A DNA stretch of 64,000 nt from positions 261,392,001 through 261,456,000 of the forward strand of contig OZ024740.1 in assembly GCA_964016885.1 (NCBI GenBank), in the 5' to 3' direction. The translations under genes and the position numbers were made by a program. This stretch comes from Eledone cirrhosa (taxonomy: Eukaryota). Below the pieces are notes generated by a model. It saw nothing but the letters and a program-made list of their open reading frames with translations, did no database searches and was not told where the DNA came from. Below, in pieces: positions 62,271-64,000 of this stretch; positions within the stretch are counted from its first letter, which is position 1, and every line of letters starts with the position of its first letter.

Positions 62271-62376
62271 GTACAGCGTCGGGCATGTATACCAAACATG
62301 GTGGCGGTGGGGCAGGTGGGTCGGAAATGAGAAGGAAATATGGGTATACGCACAAATTTAAATATTAACATTCACA

Positions 62377-62431
<55 letters not shown>

Positions 62432-62524
62432 CATTCATCTATATATGTCACATACATACATATATATATATATAAATATGTACAAATCTCATGCGAACCG
62501 AAAAATTTGGAGATACGAATAATA

Positions 62525-62700
62525 ATAATTGTTTCTACTTTTGGCACAATTATCTCAGTGTATTACTGGTACTTTATTTTATCGACTCCGTAAGGATGAA
62601 AGGCAAAGTTAACCTCGGCGGGATTTGAACTCAGTCCGTAAAGAGACGTAACTGTGCTGCAAAACATGGCGTCCGACCCTCTACCGATACTGCCAATCCA
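62525..62700 (-). mobile_element. tRNA-derived SINE
   Basis: Reverse consensus. Confidence 0.88.
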
Positions 62701-62880
62701 AACTTAAACTTATCTCAACGGATTCTCCAAATTATGTATCATATAGAACCAAACATGTCCTCCTGCGTTTTAAGACGTGAGCGGATACACTTCTGGACAA
62801 TCAAAACAAACTTAAACCTATCTAAACAGATTTTCCAAATCATGAAATATGGCTGCTATACGCACAAATATAAATATTAA

Positions 62881-62984
<104 letters not shown>

Positions 62985-63055
62985 ATATAAAAAAAACGAA
63001 AAATCAGTAATGCATCTAGACTCAGTGTATGTGTGTATATATGTGTGAATATATA

Positions 63056-63282
63056 CACGGCACAGGCATTGCTTTATATCTGGAGATCTCTCTGCACTTG
63101 TCGTCACATGGTACCATGGGCCCAGCACTATGTGTCAATAATTGTCTCAAGTGTAGTGTTTGTACCAGAGTTTTCAAGTCGCTGGCTGGACTAAAAAGTC
63201 ACACTCGTTCAGCGCATCGGTAGGGGTTCTCCTACATGGATATAAAGTAGCGGCCATACTCGAAAACGAGTTTACAGCCACC
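63056..63282 (+). mobile_element. Family A element, 5'-truncated, in a degenerate TATG/TG tract
   Basis: CACGGCACAGGCATTGC...CAGCCACC; encodes [23 protein letters not shown]. Confidence 0.9.
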
Positions 63283-63584
63283 ATATATACACATATATAT
63301 ACATGGTACGTGAATGTGTATGGATGCATGTATATGATTATAATGTTTATATCCGTGCATGTGTAATACAAGTTACGTCTTTTAAGGGATGACGTTAAAT
63401 GCATATTTAGTATATTGTAGGTTTTTTATAGATGTGTATGTATGTGTGTATGTACGTTTATATGTGGGTGTGTATGTGTGCGCGTGTATAGATGTGTATG
63501 TATGTGCGTATATATATCTTCTTTGTGGATGTACGTGGACACGGAGGTAATTGGGCGCGTATTTGTTGGAATGTATATGAGCCA

Positions 63585-63649
<65 letters not shown>

Positions 63650-64000
63650 TGTGTCTCTCTGTGTGTGTGTGTGTGTATGTGCACCTACATAGGGCAGGGT
63701 TTGTTTGTATGTGCGTGTACATATACATATGTGTAGATATATATACATGTCTGTATGAATGTGTGTATGTGTGTTTGTATCTTTGGAAGTGTGTCTGTCT
63801 TTGTGTCTATCAATAAGGACAGGCGTGTATGTATCTATGTATATGTATGTGCGTGTTTGTGTATATGTGCAGATGTACGCGAACGCTGATATGTGTCCTG
63901 TATGCGTGTACGTGTGCGCGCGTGTGCGTGCGTGTGAGACCGGATGTATGGGGGTATATAGGCAGGCGCCAGTGGACGTGTGTTGGTGTGTATATGGGTG

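Overview
AT-rich, microsatellite-dense animal genomic DNA. The SINE families and repeat landscape suggest a coleoid cephalopod such as Octopus (inference). The only host gene I can support is the 3' end of a purine nucleoside phosphorylase (PNP): two coding exons at 799-989 and 5747-5949, with a last intron holding an RTE fragment, SINEs and a 2-kb 40/80-bp satellite. The rest is mostly transposon-derived: RTE LINEs, a Tx1/L1-like LINE, CRE-like and R4/Dong-like restriction-endonuclease LINEs, two Penelope-like (probably Naiad-type) elements with hammerhead-like motifs, about 15 tRNA-derived SINE copies, MITEs and Helentron-like pieces carrying a 27-bp satellite. The most striking structure is a head-to-tail retroelement array built on (TATG)n microsatellites (22.5-24.9 kb and 38.0-51.0 kb). 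It contains a zinc-finger-bearing RTE LINE, a 608-bp non-autonomous derivative of a related RTE (6 full and 3 truncated copies in the window), a second short family, and an R4/Dong-like LINE inserted in the same microsatellite in the opposite orientation. All assignments were made by eye; no database searches or folding programs were run.
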